A DNA stretch of 64,000 nucleotides from Azolla caroliniana (Eukaryota > Plantae > Polypodiophyta). Under the pieces are notes generated by a model. That model was not told the origin of the DNA, did not search any database, and saw only the letters and a list, made by a program, of their open reading frames with translations. The stretch covers positions 17,732,001 through 17,796,000 of the forward strand of contig JBHGNT010000017.1 of NCBI GenBank assembly GCA_043228905.1, in the 5' to 3' direction. The first letter of the stretch is position 1. Every line of letters begins with the position of its first letter. Shown piece after piece: positions 48,012 through 60,653 of this stretch. The position numbers were made by a program, and so were the translations under genes.

Positions 48012-51000
48012 TGTTAGGAAACAGGTCCCTCCGGCTACGGATGACCCGACGAGAATCGGATGATGAAGACCCAGTGAGAACCGGATGAGGAGTACCCGAC
48101 GAGAACCGGATGATGAAGACCCGGTGAGAACCGGATGAGGAGTACCCGGCTACGGATGATCCGGTGAGAACCGGATGATGAGTACCCGGCAAGCACCGGA
48201 TGATGCAGGCCCGGTGAGGAGTGCTCACCGGATGAAGGGACATATTTGTAAATATGTTTTTTGAGAGTCCATCGTGGCTATATTTGTAAATAGCCAAAAA
48301 GTCATATTAGTATAAATATGACTTAGGGCAAACTTAAGATGAAATGAGTTGTCATTCTTGTTGGTGCAAGTGTAGAGCACGTAACTGTGTACAGAGAGAG
48401 AGAGAGAGAGAGAAAGAAACAAAGAGGTTGTTGCCTCTATTGTAACCGCCGCCTGTGGCGAAGATAGCAAGCTCGAGGTCGTTGCCTCGGTGCTTCACTA
48501 TTGTACATTCTGATATAGTGATAGTTTGTAGTCTGTGGGTTGCCGTGGTTTTTTCCCTAGTTTGGGTTTTCCACGTTAACATTCTGTGTTCTCTTCTCTT
48601 CTTTGGGTCGTGCGTTCATTATCCGTTTTCTGTGTATGATTTTAAGCTCGGTTGTGGCCGAGCGTTGCGCAGAGGGAGCGTGCAGCTCCTGTCAAAGTGG
48701 TATCAGAGCAAAACGACACAGAAAATGGACGATTCGTTGGGAGGCATGTTCAAGCTCACCAACTCCAACTATTCGGTGTGGAAGTCGAAGATGCGGGACA
48801 TGCTCGTGGTTAAAGATCTTTGGTTGCCGGTTTAGTTCGGGGACATCAGACTGGACAAAATCAACGCCACAATATGGGAGGTGATGCACATGAAGACAAC
48901 GGTGTACATATGGTGCTTCATCGACATGAGCCTTTACAACAACTTCAATGAAGAGAGCAAGGCTCATGAGCTCTGGGGGAAGATCGGCATTATGTTTCAG
49001 AACAAAAATGTTGTTAACCAAGTTTCGGTATTCCGGAAACTAGTAAGACTCCGGTACCAAGATGGCTCCAGCATGGCGGAGCACATGAATGCCTTCCAGG
49101 GGCTGATCCACCAGGCAACATCATTGGAAGTACCTCTCGCTGATGAGGTACTAGCGCTACTCCTGCTCTGTTCCCTCCCAGATAGCTGGGAGACGTTGGT
49201 TGTCACTTTGGGCAACGCCGGGCCGGAAGGAAAACGGTTATCCCTAGCAAGAGTGAAGTTGAGCTTGCTAGATGAGGAGGCGCGTCGGAAAGATAAGGAT
49301 ACGAGCTCTGACTCCAAAGTGCTCCTTACCAAATCGGAACGTGGAAGACAAAGGAACCGTAGCCCCCAGAACCGGGAGAAGTCGGGGACACGGTCAAAGT
49401 CAAGGGGGAGGCCTACTTGCTTCTATTGCGGCAAGCTGGGACACTTCCAGAAGAACTGTCGGCACTTCCGAAAAGACAAGGAAACCGACGATACCGATTC
49501 GAAGCGGGCACCGGACCGGAACAATAAAGACCGAAGGGGGCCGGACCAGAAGGGAACGACGACAATCGCGGCAAGTGAAGAAGAGTTGATGCTCATCACC
49601 GAGGAGAATGAGCCAAACTTTGCCGACGATGAGATAACCTGGGTGGTCGACTCCGGAGCGTCGTTCCACCTTACCCCGGACCGGAAATACTTCTCATCCT
49701 ACGCAGCCGGTGATCACGACTGTGTCCGGACGGGGAATGAAGGTACATGCCGAATCGTTGGCATAGGAGACGTGTGGTTGACAACACTAACCAGATGCAA
49801 GCTGCTGCTGAAGGATGTCCGACACATTCCGGAGGTTCGTCTGAACTTGATATCAGCCAGTTGGCTAGATGATGAAGGTTACACGGGTAGCATTCGGAAC
49901 GGTGTTATGAAGTTCAGCAAAGGGAGGCTGATTGTGGCTCGGACCCGGAAGGTAAACACATTGTACCTGATGAATGCCCGGTTATGTCCGGAGGAAGTGA
50001 ACGTGGCATCCGACATTGCCGGTGAGCTGTGGCACAAAAGGATGTGTCACATGAGCGAGAAGGGGATGAAGAGGCTTGCAGACGACAACCTCATTCCAGT
50101 GAAGAACGTGCACTTGGAGAAGTGCACTGATAGTCTGGCCGGTAAGAAAAACCGGACCTCCTTCCGACCAAGGTCACCGATGAGACGTAATGCACCACTG
50201 GAGTTGGTGCATACTGATGTGTGTCAAGTGGACACGAAGTCACATACAGGATCGCAGTACTTCGTGACGTTCATAGATGACCACAGCCAGAAGCTGTGGG
50301 CCACACCGTTGAAGATGAAGGATCAGGTGCTATCTGTCTTCAAAGAGCTCCATGCTCGAGTGGAAAGAGAAACCGGCCGGAAGCTGAAGGCGGTTCAAGC
50401 AGATAATGGATGTGAATACCGGGGGCAGTTCGAGGAGTATTGTCGCTCGAAGGGAATCCAACTTGAATTTACCGTGCCGAAGACGCCGGAACTAAATGGG
50501 CTGGCCGAGAGGATGAACCGAACCATAATGGAGAGGGTCCGGAGTATGCTGGCGCATGCAAAACTACCCAAGATGTTTTGGGCTGAGGCACTATCGACGA
50601 CAACATATGTGATAAACAGATCACCCTCAGTACCCTTGGACGGAGACACGCCACAGAGAGTATGGACCGGTAAGGAAGTATCCTACCGGCATCTGAAGGT
50701 ATTCGGGTGTCTTGTGTATGTGCATGTAGCTAAGGACCGGAGAGGAAAACTAGATCCGAAGACCCGGCCATGCATATTCCTCGGTTACGGCGACGATGAG
50801 TTCGGCGACCGAGTGTGGGACCTGGTCGACAATAAGGTATTCCGGAGTCGAGATATTATCTTCATGGAGGACAAGACACTCGCCGACTGGGAGTCGGAGA
50901 AGAAGATAATGAACTCCGAGTCGACCGGTAAGGATCAATTCTACGATGAGCAGACCCAACCGGCAAGAGACCGGTTAGCACTCGAGGAACCAGCCTGTTA

Positions 51001-53466
51001 CGGTGAGGATACCGAACCGGCAGAAGAAGAAGTAGAGGAAGCTGAAACCGGAACTGGCCAAGACCCCGAATCGGATTCGGATGAAGAGCGAATGGAGGGG
51101 CCAGTTACCGAAGTCCAAAGAAGGAGATATCCTCTAAGAGAGAGAAGGGCTCCCCGAAGATTTCCGGATGCAGAGCATGTGCTGCTAACCGATGAGGGGG
51201 AGCAAGAAAGCTTCGAGGAAGCTAAAAGTGACGCCCATAGCCGCAAATGGTTGAGTGCCATGCAGGATGAGATGGATTCCCTGCATGAGAACCATACGTA
51301 TGAATTGGTGGAGTTGCAAAAAGGAAAGAGGGCACTCCGAAATAAGTGGGTGTACAAGTAGAAACCGGGAGATGCCGACAACCCCCCGAGATACAAAGCT
51401 AGGATCGTGGTGAAGGGGTTCCAGTAGAAGAAGGGCGTGGACTTCGACGAGATATTTGCCCCGATAGTAAAGATGATCTCCATCCGGACGGTGCTGAGTA
51501 TAGCGACAAGCATGAACCTCGAGGTAGAGCAGCTGGACGTGAAGACGACATTCCTTCACGGTGACCTCGAAGAGGAGATCTACATGCAGCAACCGGGGAA
51601 GGAGAAGGAGCACTTGGTATGCCGGTTGAAGAAGAGCCTGTACGAACTGAAGCAGGCTCCCCGACAATGGTACCGAAAGTTCGACTCCTTCATGAACGAT
51701 CAAGGGTACCACAAGACGCAAGCCGATCACTGCGTATTTGTGAAGAAGTTCGAAGCAGGCGACTTCCTAATACTCCTTCTGTACGTGGACGACATGTTGA
51801 TCGTCGGACGGGACCAAGCCAAAATACAGATGATGAAGAAGGCTCTCAACCGAACCTTCGTGATGAAAGACTTGGGTCCGGCAAGACAGATGTTGGGGAT
51901 GCATATCATCCGGAACCGGCCAACGAAGCAATTGTGGTTGTCACAGGAGAAATACGTGACAAAGGTGCTTCAGTGGTTCAACATGTCAGATGCGAAACTG
52001 GTCGGATCGACACTTCCGACAAACTGCAGGTTATCCGGTAAGCAAAGCCCAAAGACGAAAGTAGAGAAGGCAGATATGATGAAGGTTCCATATACCTCTG
52101 CCGTTGGGAGCTTAATGTACGCAATGGTGTGTACCCGACCGGATATAGGATACGCAGTCGGAGTGGTGAGCCGGTTTATGAGCAATCCCGACAAGGAGCA
52201 CTGGAATGCGGTCAAATGGATACTCCGGTACCTGAAGGGCACTTCAAATATGTGTCTCCGATTCGGCTCCGGAAAACCTCAACTTGACGGTTTTACCGAT
52301 TCGGACATGTCGGCTGATGTGGATACTAGCCGGTCTACATCCGGGTATGTAATAACATATGCAGGGGGAGTTGTTTCGTGGTAGTCGAGGCTGCAGAAGA
52401 CGGTTGTGTTGTCAACCACGGAGGCGGAGTACATGGCGGTTGTGGAACCCGACAAGGAAATATTATGAATGAAGGACTTCATCGGTGAGCTCGGTATCCG
52501 TAAGATAAATACCGGCTCTATTGCGACAGTCAAAGTGCCATCCACCTTGCTAAGAATGCGGCCTACCATTCCCGGACGAAGCATATCCAGCGTAGGTATC
52601 ACTGGATCCGAGAAAGAGTAGATGACCAGGAGTTCGCGTAGACAAAGATCCACACAGCCGAGAACGGGTCAAATATGTTGACCAAAGTACTGACACCTGA
52701 CAAGCTGGATGCATGTCGGAAGCGGGTCGGATTACTAAGACATCCCATGTCGGAGTGAAGGGGGAGTTTGTTAGGAAACAGGTCCCTCCAGCTACGGATG
52801 ACCCGACGAGAACCGGATGATGAAGACCCAGTGAGAACCGGATGAGGAGTACCCGGCTACGGATGACTCGGCGAGAACCAGATGATGAAGACCCGGCGAG
52901 AACCGGATGAGGAGTACCCGGCTACGGATGACCCGGTGAGAACCAGATGACGAGTACCTGGCATGCACCAGATGATGCAGGCCCGGTGAGGAGTGCTCAC
53001 CGGATGAAGGGACATATTTGTAAATATGTTTTCTGAGAGTCCATCGTGGCTATATTTGTAAATAGCCGAAAATTCATATTAGTATAAATATGACTTAGGG
53101 CAAACTTAAGATGAAATGAGTTGTCATTCTTGTTGGTGCAAGTGTAGAGCGCGTAACTGTGTACAGAGAGAGAGAGAGAGAGAGAAAGAAACAAAGAGGT
53201 CGTTGCCTCTGTTGTAACCGCTGCCTGTGGCGAAGATAGCAAGCTTGAGGTCATTGCCTCGGTGCTTCACTATTGTACATTCTGATATAGTGATAGTTTG
53301 TAGTCTGTGGGCTGCCGTGGTTTTTTCCCTAGTTTGGGTTTTCCACGTTAACATTCTGTGTTCTCTTCTCTTCTTTGTGTCGTGCGTTCATTATCCGTTT
53401 TCTGTGTATGATTTTAAGCTCGGTTGTGGCCGAGCGTTGCGCATAGGGAGCGTGCAGGTCCTATCA
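48012..53466 (+). mobile_element. Full-length Ty1/copia (Tnt1/Tork-like) with stops
   Basis: LTRs 48012-48694 and 52769-53466; TSD ATTAA (48007-48011, 53467-53471); PBS TGGTATCAGAGC 48698-48709; PPT GAAGGGGGAG before 52769. Confidence 0.96.
48725..52758 (+). pseudogene. copia gag-PR-INT-RT-RH polyprotein pseudogene
   Basis: CFYCGKLGHFQKNC, WVVDSGAS, LWHKRMCH, VHTDV, NGLAERMNRT, QLDVKTTFLHG, LYVDDML; several in-frame stops (for example at 48833, 51359, 52382). Confidence 0.93.
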
Positions 53467-54480
53467 ATTAATACTATCAAACACTCTATTAGTACTATTA
53501 ATACTATCAAGCACTCCTAAGGGAAGAATTGACATGGGTTTAGTATAGGCTACGATTTGATATACCTGTCTTCTTGGCCTATGGGGACAATTGATTGCGA
53601 TATGCCCTGGTCCACTGCAATAAAGACATAATTGATTTGCACGTCGTCGTTGCTTTACTTCTTCCAATAACGGGCCACGTCGATGCATGGTATCGATCTC
53701 CATCGGTGTCGGAGTATTTGCTTCAGGTATGTCTCGTGCAAACGGTTTAGCCGCGATTGAGGCGTAACTGGGCTCCGGCCTAGAGCATGGTATCTGTAAT
53801 TGACGTTCCGAACGTCGTTCGAAAAGGCAGTTGTCACATCGGACCACTCGACTGATTGCCTCCGTAAGAGACTTTGGTTCTTCGGGGAATGTTAGAAGTA
53901 GATCTTTGACATCGTTTCGCAGGCCGTAGCGAAACTGCTCCATTAGTGTCTGATCATCCCAAGGGATATCTGAAGCGAGTAGACAGAAATCCGCCGCGTA
54001 GGCAGAGACTGGACGATCGCCTTAACGCAATCGTCAGATTTTGTTGATCGTCGTCCGGATGCTGTCTGTATCTCCAAAGCAAGCTTTAAACTCACTAATA
54101 AAGTCTTCAAATTTATTCAGTAAGGGCGATTGTTTTTCCAGAAGCGGAGCAAACCATGCCAAGGTTGAGCTACTAAGCAACGTGCCTATTAGGCCGACTC
54201 GGGATGCATTAGTGGGGTATTGAGAAGGATGCATTTGAATGAATAAGCGTACCTGATTGAGGAATCCCCTAAATTGCGATCGTGTTCCATCAAATTTCAC
54301 AGGAAGTCCAATCTTGGGCTCTTTATGAAATCCGTGGGGACTTGATCCTTGTTGTTGCAACGCTGCTTCAAGTTGTTGCACACATAACGCTAACTCCCCA
54401 TGTTGTTGTTGTGTTTACTGTTTTTCTAGGGCGATTTGTTGAAGATCCCCTAACAACCGCTGGTTTTCTTGTTCCAAGGC
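53467..54480 (-). pseudogene. gag of chromovirus 1
   Basis: PVKFDGTRSQFRGF, FRYGLRNDVK, PTPMEID, CLYCSGPGHIAINC. Confidence 0.88.
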
Positions 54481-54487
54481 AATAAAT

Positions 54488-54778
54488 TATAACAGATGAT
54501 ATATTATAGGAAGAGTAAGTACAAGATGACTATGAGGCTTAAGACTGGCGTTGAACCAATTTGTTTCAACATAATGCCTAGTGCCTTCTTTTATAGTGTT
54601 CTCAGGAGTAATCCTAAAGCTTCTAGAATGTTCCAGAGAAATCTCGAATTTACATTAATTTCCTATAATAAAACTAAATGAAAATAATATCTTACGTATT
54701 ACAATAGATGGTATAATGGTCAAGAGCTCAACCCATATAACATAAGGTCATGGGTTTGAGTCTTGCCATATCATGACA
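54488..54778 (-). repeat. 5' LTR of chromovirus 1
   Basis: Near-identical to 32733-33028; ends ..CATGACA on the + strand. Confidence 0.9.
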
Positions 54779-55368
54779 GGTACTGTCGATTTTCTTTCGG
54801 AGTTGACGTGATAACATCGTTACCAAAGGTCTCTCTAATTGCGTCCACATGAAAGGTGGTAGACCTGGAGCCCATACTACCGATGCATACATGAGGGAAG
54901 GGGTCACTAATGAGTCGAAGGGTCATCCCTTAGTTCGTGGCTCTTGAAAGGATGCATGGTGGCATTGTCTCTCTAAGAGTGCGAGGGATGCATACCCTCT
55001 CGTTAGCCTATCTTTGGTTGCCTGGGTCATCGAGAATTTACCTAAACGAGCACTAAAAGTGACCCCCAAATATACATATGATCCAACTACCTCAACTGGT
55101 TTATGAGAGAGGATTAGGTGACATTTACTCCTAACTCGAGACGATGTATGAAAGATAAGAACTTTAGTTTTTGCTAGATTCACTACCAGTTCTCGATGTG
55201 TGTAAAAGTCATCTAGGGCATTAAGATGCTTTTGTAGGTCGTATTCAGATTCCAAGAGCAAGATGATGTCATTTGCGTAGAGTAAGAGACTAACTTGCGT
55301 GCCCCCAATGGGTACTCCATTGCCTCCCTTACGAGAAATAAAACCAGTGATCTCATCAATGTAGATCC

Positions 55369-58300
55369 TATCACGGATAGATCATAAGCTCAAGAGACAA
55401 GAAAGAAGATAGACAAATGGATGAGTAGTATTAATGGAAAGACTCCATAACTGGTGTTGTTCACCTTGAATTCCTTCAAGGTGAACTCCTCTATTTATAC
55501 TACATGGCATGCATACTTGTTGCACGCATGTGAATCTACAATAGAGCATGTAGGTATGCATGCATGTGCCAAGTGTAAATACTACAAGGGAGCAACTATG
55601 CACATGATGCTTGCAAAACAATAAGGACCAATTATATACATAACTATGTACTAGATATATTGGTTAACCCATGATACTAGATTATAACATGATCGTGTCA
55701 AGAGTTCGAATCTTGACATTATGCCCCCTCCTACGTCGCCTTCCCAAATCAGCCGCTGGTTTGTGGGGATATCGGTGATGAAAATCTTGGACGACCTTTG
55801 GGGCATTTTGTAAATTTCCCGATGGTTCCCATGTGGCCTCAGACATGGGGTAACCCCTCCATAGGACAAGGTATTGCAAGTGTCGATGGTGCCAACGTGA
55901 GTCAAGGATTTGGTCGACCTCGTATTCCTCCCCTGTCATCAATTGCACATGTGGTGATGGTGGGGCCTGACGTCCTAGGAGTTGTGAAGCATAATGGGGT
56001 TCGAGGAGGGAGACATGAAAAACATCATGAATCCAGAAGTGGGATGGAAGGGCGAGCCGGAAGGCGATGGGATTGATGCACTCGATGATACGGAATGGTC
56101 CCAACTTCTTGTAATCAAGTTTCGCACATGGACGAGTAGCAAAGATGTGTCGACGTAACAACCAGACCATGTCTCCAACAACAAAGTGTGGAGTGGCAGA
56201 TCAATGGCGATCAGCCTGCTTCTTGTATCGTTCACTAGCAAGACTAAGCTCCAAGGATAAATCATGATGTAGTTCTTCCAAAATGTGGGCACGATCCTCC
56301 GCCGAAGGGTTCACGTAAGTAGTAGGAAGGGAAATGTTGAAGCGAGGATGTAAACCATAGTTGGCAAAGAAGGGAGTGACGCCAGTCGATGCATGAAGAG
56401 AATTATTGTAGGCAAATTCCGCGATCGAAAGTAAGTTGACCCAATCATCTTGTTGGTAACTAACAGAGCACCGAAGATACTGCTCAAGGATTTGGTTGAC
56501 ATGCTCTGTTTGCCCGTCAATTTGGGGGTGCTAAGCAGATGACAACTTGACAGAGATGCCTAAAGTTTGTAGCAGGCACTACCAAAAGTGAGAGACAAAC
56601 TAGGGTCTACGATCAGAGATGACATCATCGGGGAGTCCATGCAAGCGTACCACATTGTTGAGTATTAGATGCACCATTCCTTCTTCAGAAATGGTTTTGG
56701 AGCATGGAGTGAAGTGAGCCATCTTCGTAAACTGATCAACAACGACCAACACCGAGTCATAGCTATTGACCAAGGGTAGATAAGTTATCAGGTCCATAGA
56801 GATAGAGGCCCAGGGATGACAAGGACATGGAAGCGGTTGTAGTAAGCCGTATGGCCGATGATGAATGGCTTTGGAGCGAGCACAAACCTCACAACTCTTT
56901 ATGTATTCTTTGACCAACTTCCATGGTTGTGGCCACCAATACCCCCGAGAGATTAGCTCGAGGGTTTTCGCAACCCCGAAATGACCTACAAGTGGGTCAT
57001 CGTGGCCGCAACACCCGGGTGCGACATGGGCCCTTTGGGACGTATAAGAGATGATCTCGGAACAGCAAACCCTCTTGTATGGTGAAGGTGTCATGATCCT
57101 TCCTTTTGGTCGCCTTGGAAGGGTTTTGCAGACTATCTCGAATCTCGTTGGCGAGTGCATCGGTCTTGGATGCATCAATGATCTGTTGGAGTAATGAATC
57201 ATCCTGCAACATACAAGTGGCAAAAAGATGCAATTGGTCGGGTTTCAACAAACGTCTAGATTGTTGAGCATAAGCAGCATCCCCAGGGCAGAGTGCAAGG
57301 TCAGCTTGGCGAGAAAGGGTATCAGCCTTCCCATGTTGGTCACCAAGTTAAATATGATCTCAAAATTGTAGTCGGCGAGAAATGTCGACCAACGGGCCTG
57401 CCTTCGATTCAAAGTACGAGTGGTGGAAAAATAAACTAAATTTTTATGATCAGTCACTACCTAAACACGATGTTATGCGCCGGCCAAGTGGGGTCGCCAT
57501 TCTTCAAAGGCAGCAATGATAGCAACAAGCTCCTTGTCGTATATGGGATAATTGATTTCGGATGGTGTGAATTTCCAAGAGTAGTAAGCCACTGGGTGCA
57601 TTAGGTTGGTGTCGTCTACCTGGGATAAGATGGCACCAATGGCGAAGTCAGAGGCATCAGTTTCGACTTGGAAGGGTTTTGTGGGGTCGGCATGTAGCAG
57701 TACCAGGGCAATGATAAATGCGTGTTTGAGTGAGTCGAACGCATTTTGCACCTCCAAGGTCCATAAAAATGGAGTGCCTTTACGGGTGAGAGTGATAAGA
57801 GGTTGTGCTAGGGTGGAAAACCCCTTGATGAAGCGACGATAAAAATTCCCGAAGCCGAGGAAGGATTGCACATCTTTAAGTCGCCTTGGAGTTGCCCACG
57901 CCTAAATGACAGAGACCTTCTTCATATCCATGGTGATGCCAGTGGGCGAGATGATGTAGGCCAGAAATTCGATCGAGGTACGGTCGAACTCGCATTTCTC
58001 GCCTTTGGCATAAAGGCCATGTTCGCGAAGTTTGGCAAGAACTAATCAGACTTGGAAAGTGTGCTCCTCCATGTTTGGCGAGAAAATGAAAATATCATCG
58101 AGGTAAATGAAAACAAAATTATCAAGATATTCCCGGAATATATCGTTCATCATATGTTGAAAAACTGTTGGAGCGTTAGTAAGACCAAAAGGCATTACCT
58201 TGTATTCGAAATGCCCATACCGTGTTCGAAATGCGGTTTTCCATTCATCCCCCAGCTTGATGCATACTAGATTGTACGCTTCACGCAAATTAACTTTGGA

Positions 58301-60653
58301 GAAGGCACGCGCAACTCGGAGCCGATCAAGGAGTTCGGGATCAGAGGTAGCGGATAGCGGTTGCGCACAGTGAGTTTGTTGAGACCTCGGTAGTCAACGC
58401 ATAAGGGTAGAGAGTCGTCCTTCTTCTTCACAAATAAAATGGGGGCCCCAGCTGGTGACTTAGAAGGTTGAATAAATCCTTTCTCGAGGTTCTCATCGAG
58501 ATACACACAAAGGGCCTTCAACTCTTGTGTAGACAACGCATATAGAGGACCAAAGGGTGGACATGCACCTTCTTGAAGATCAATCGAACAGTCGTAGAGC
58601 CGGTGTTCAGGCAAACGATCAGCATTACATTTTTCAAATACGTCGGAGAAGTGTTGATATTTGTCAGGAATAACATGGAGTGTGTTAGAAACGGCGCCAC
58701 AAACAAACCCATCTTGGACCGATGATGGGGTAGTCAAATCGGAATCGACCTTCTCCGAAGGATGGGAAACTGAATTTACCTTCATACTTTTGCACGAGCA
58801 TCTTGGCTTGCTAAATGTGATCGAGTGGTTGCACCAATGCACTATTGGATTGTGCACCTCCAACCACGTTAGTCCTAAGACGATCGGATGTCGAGGAGAT
58901 GCAATGAGGTAAAAGGCGAGCTCCTCCTGGTGTGATCCCACACAAAGCCCTAATGGGATTGTAGCTTGAGTAATTGCACTTGACAAGAGGATGCACCCGT
59001 CGATGGCTTCAACGAGAATGGGTTTTGAGAGGCCAACGACAGGTATGCCATGTGCTTGGGCAAACGTGATGTCGATGAAGCAAGAAGATGCCCCAGAATC
59101 AAGTAAACCAACAGACTGAATGGAACTAGAGTTAAATGAAAGCCATACCTCCAATGTGAAATTGCCTGATGGTCCGGCAATGGAACCAAGAGAATGTGGG
59201 CGAGGGGAGATGTCCAGTTGCATGGCTCCTACTGCAACCGAACGATGTCGTTTTCCGGATGTTGGGATCTGTTAGCTCGATGGAATTGTGGGCGATTACT
59301 CCTAGTAGGACAATGGCGAACGACATGACCGGAGGCGCCACAATACATGCACACGCCATTAGCCCACTGAAATTGTCGTTCGGCATTAGTCAATGGCCGA
59401 AATCGGGCTTGATCAATTTCCATGGGGACAGGAGCATCTGCCAAAGTAGGGGACTGTGATGCAGTCAGTGGGAGGGATGGCTATGGTTGTATGACCAGGG
59501 CGTGTCATGGAAGTGAATGAGGTGGAACCCAAGTTCGACGCTCTTCCCGAAAAGACGATTGTCACAATGGACTGCTTGTGAAATCACTTGGGATAACGAG
59601 GTGGGCTCCGGAAATTTTAAGAGAAGATTCTTGACATTGCTTCGAAGGCCGCGCGGAAAGTGATCAGCTAAAGCTTGATCATCCCAATTGACGTCGCATG
59701 CTAGTTGTCAAAATTCTAAAACATAGACCGAAGCTACACACGAACCTTGTTTGAGTGCATAAATCTTGTTAAGAGTTGTACGTTGTCGGTCCGTCTCTCC
59801 AAATGTGGCCTCTAACTTGGCGAGGAAGGCGGGAAAGTCCTCCAATAGAGGTGATGAGGTTTCTACCAATGGTACAAACCAAGCTTGGGCCGGACCGGAG
59901 AGAAGGGTTCCCACAAGGCCGACTTGTCGAAGACCATCTCCATAACGTTGAGGTTGTAGCCGAATGATAAGTCAAACTTGGTTGATGAACCCTCGGAAAC
60001 GCGACCTTGTTCCATCAAATTTTTCTGGGAGGCTAATCTTAGGCTCAAGAAAATGCGGCAAACCTAGGCTAGATGTTGGTAGAAGATCGGGCTCTAGGCT
60101 AGGTTGCTATGGGAGACTAGGCTTCGGGGGTTGTGAGGATAGGGAGGCACCGACTTGAAGTTCTTGTAAAGAATTTCGAAGAGCTTCATTTTCAAGCTGG
60201 AGTTGTCGTAAGGCTACCATTATTTGGCCTAACTCACTAGTTGTGTCGGACATAGCTATGGCTTATGAGAGGGAGAGCTATGAGGATGGGAAGGTGAACA
60301 AACTGTCACGGATAGATCATAAGCTCAAGAGACAAGAAAGAAGATAGACAAATGGATGAGTAGTATTAACGGAAAGACTCCATAACTAGTGTTGTTCACC
60401 TTGAATTCCTTCAAGGTGAACTCCTCTATTTATACTACATGGCATGCATACTTGTTGCACACATGTGAATCTACAATAGAGCATGTAGGTATGCATGCAT
60501 GTGCCAAGTGTAAATACTACAAGGGAGCAACTACGCACATGATGCTAGCAAAACAATAAGGACCAATTACATAGATAACTATGTACTAGATATATTAGTT
60601 AACCCATGATACTAGATTATAACATGGTCGTGTCAAGAGTTTGAATCTTGATA
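55369..60653 (-). mobile_element. Tf/Tcn1-like chromovirus 2, complete but degenerate
   Basis: 350-bp LTRs at 55369-55718 and 60304-60653; TSD GATCC (55364-55368, 60654-60658); PPT 55719-55732; gag, PR (LLDSGAS), RT (IYLDDI), RH, INT and chromodomain (YEVDQILDS..YLVLWRGY..TWEP). Confidence 0.95.
60291..60301 (-). promoter_or_regulatory. Self-priming-type PBS (11 nt, complementary to LTR 60392-60402)
   Basis: Minus-strand TTGTTCACCTT lies 2 nt after the 5' LTR, and the LTR carries AAGGTGAACAA 32 nt downstream of the start of TATAAATA. Confidence 0.75.

Larger units (their letters stand above)
32733..54778 (-). mobile_element. Tf/Tcn1-like chromovirus (Ty3/gypsy) 1, host to two nested elements
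   Basis: LTRs at about 32733-33028 and 54488-54778; PPT 33029-33040; gag 53467-54480; PR-RT-RH-INT 44886-48011; INT C-terminus and chromodomain 33021-33518. Confidence 0.9.

Noticed and set aside
48030-48235. CRISPR-like repeat/spacer array (also 8056-8240 and 3296-3412)
   Set aside because: The context is eukaryotic LTR or leader DNA, the spacers are themselves repeated, and there are no cas genes.
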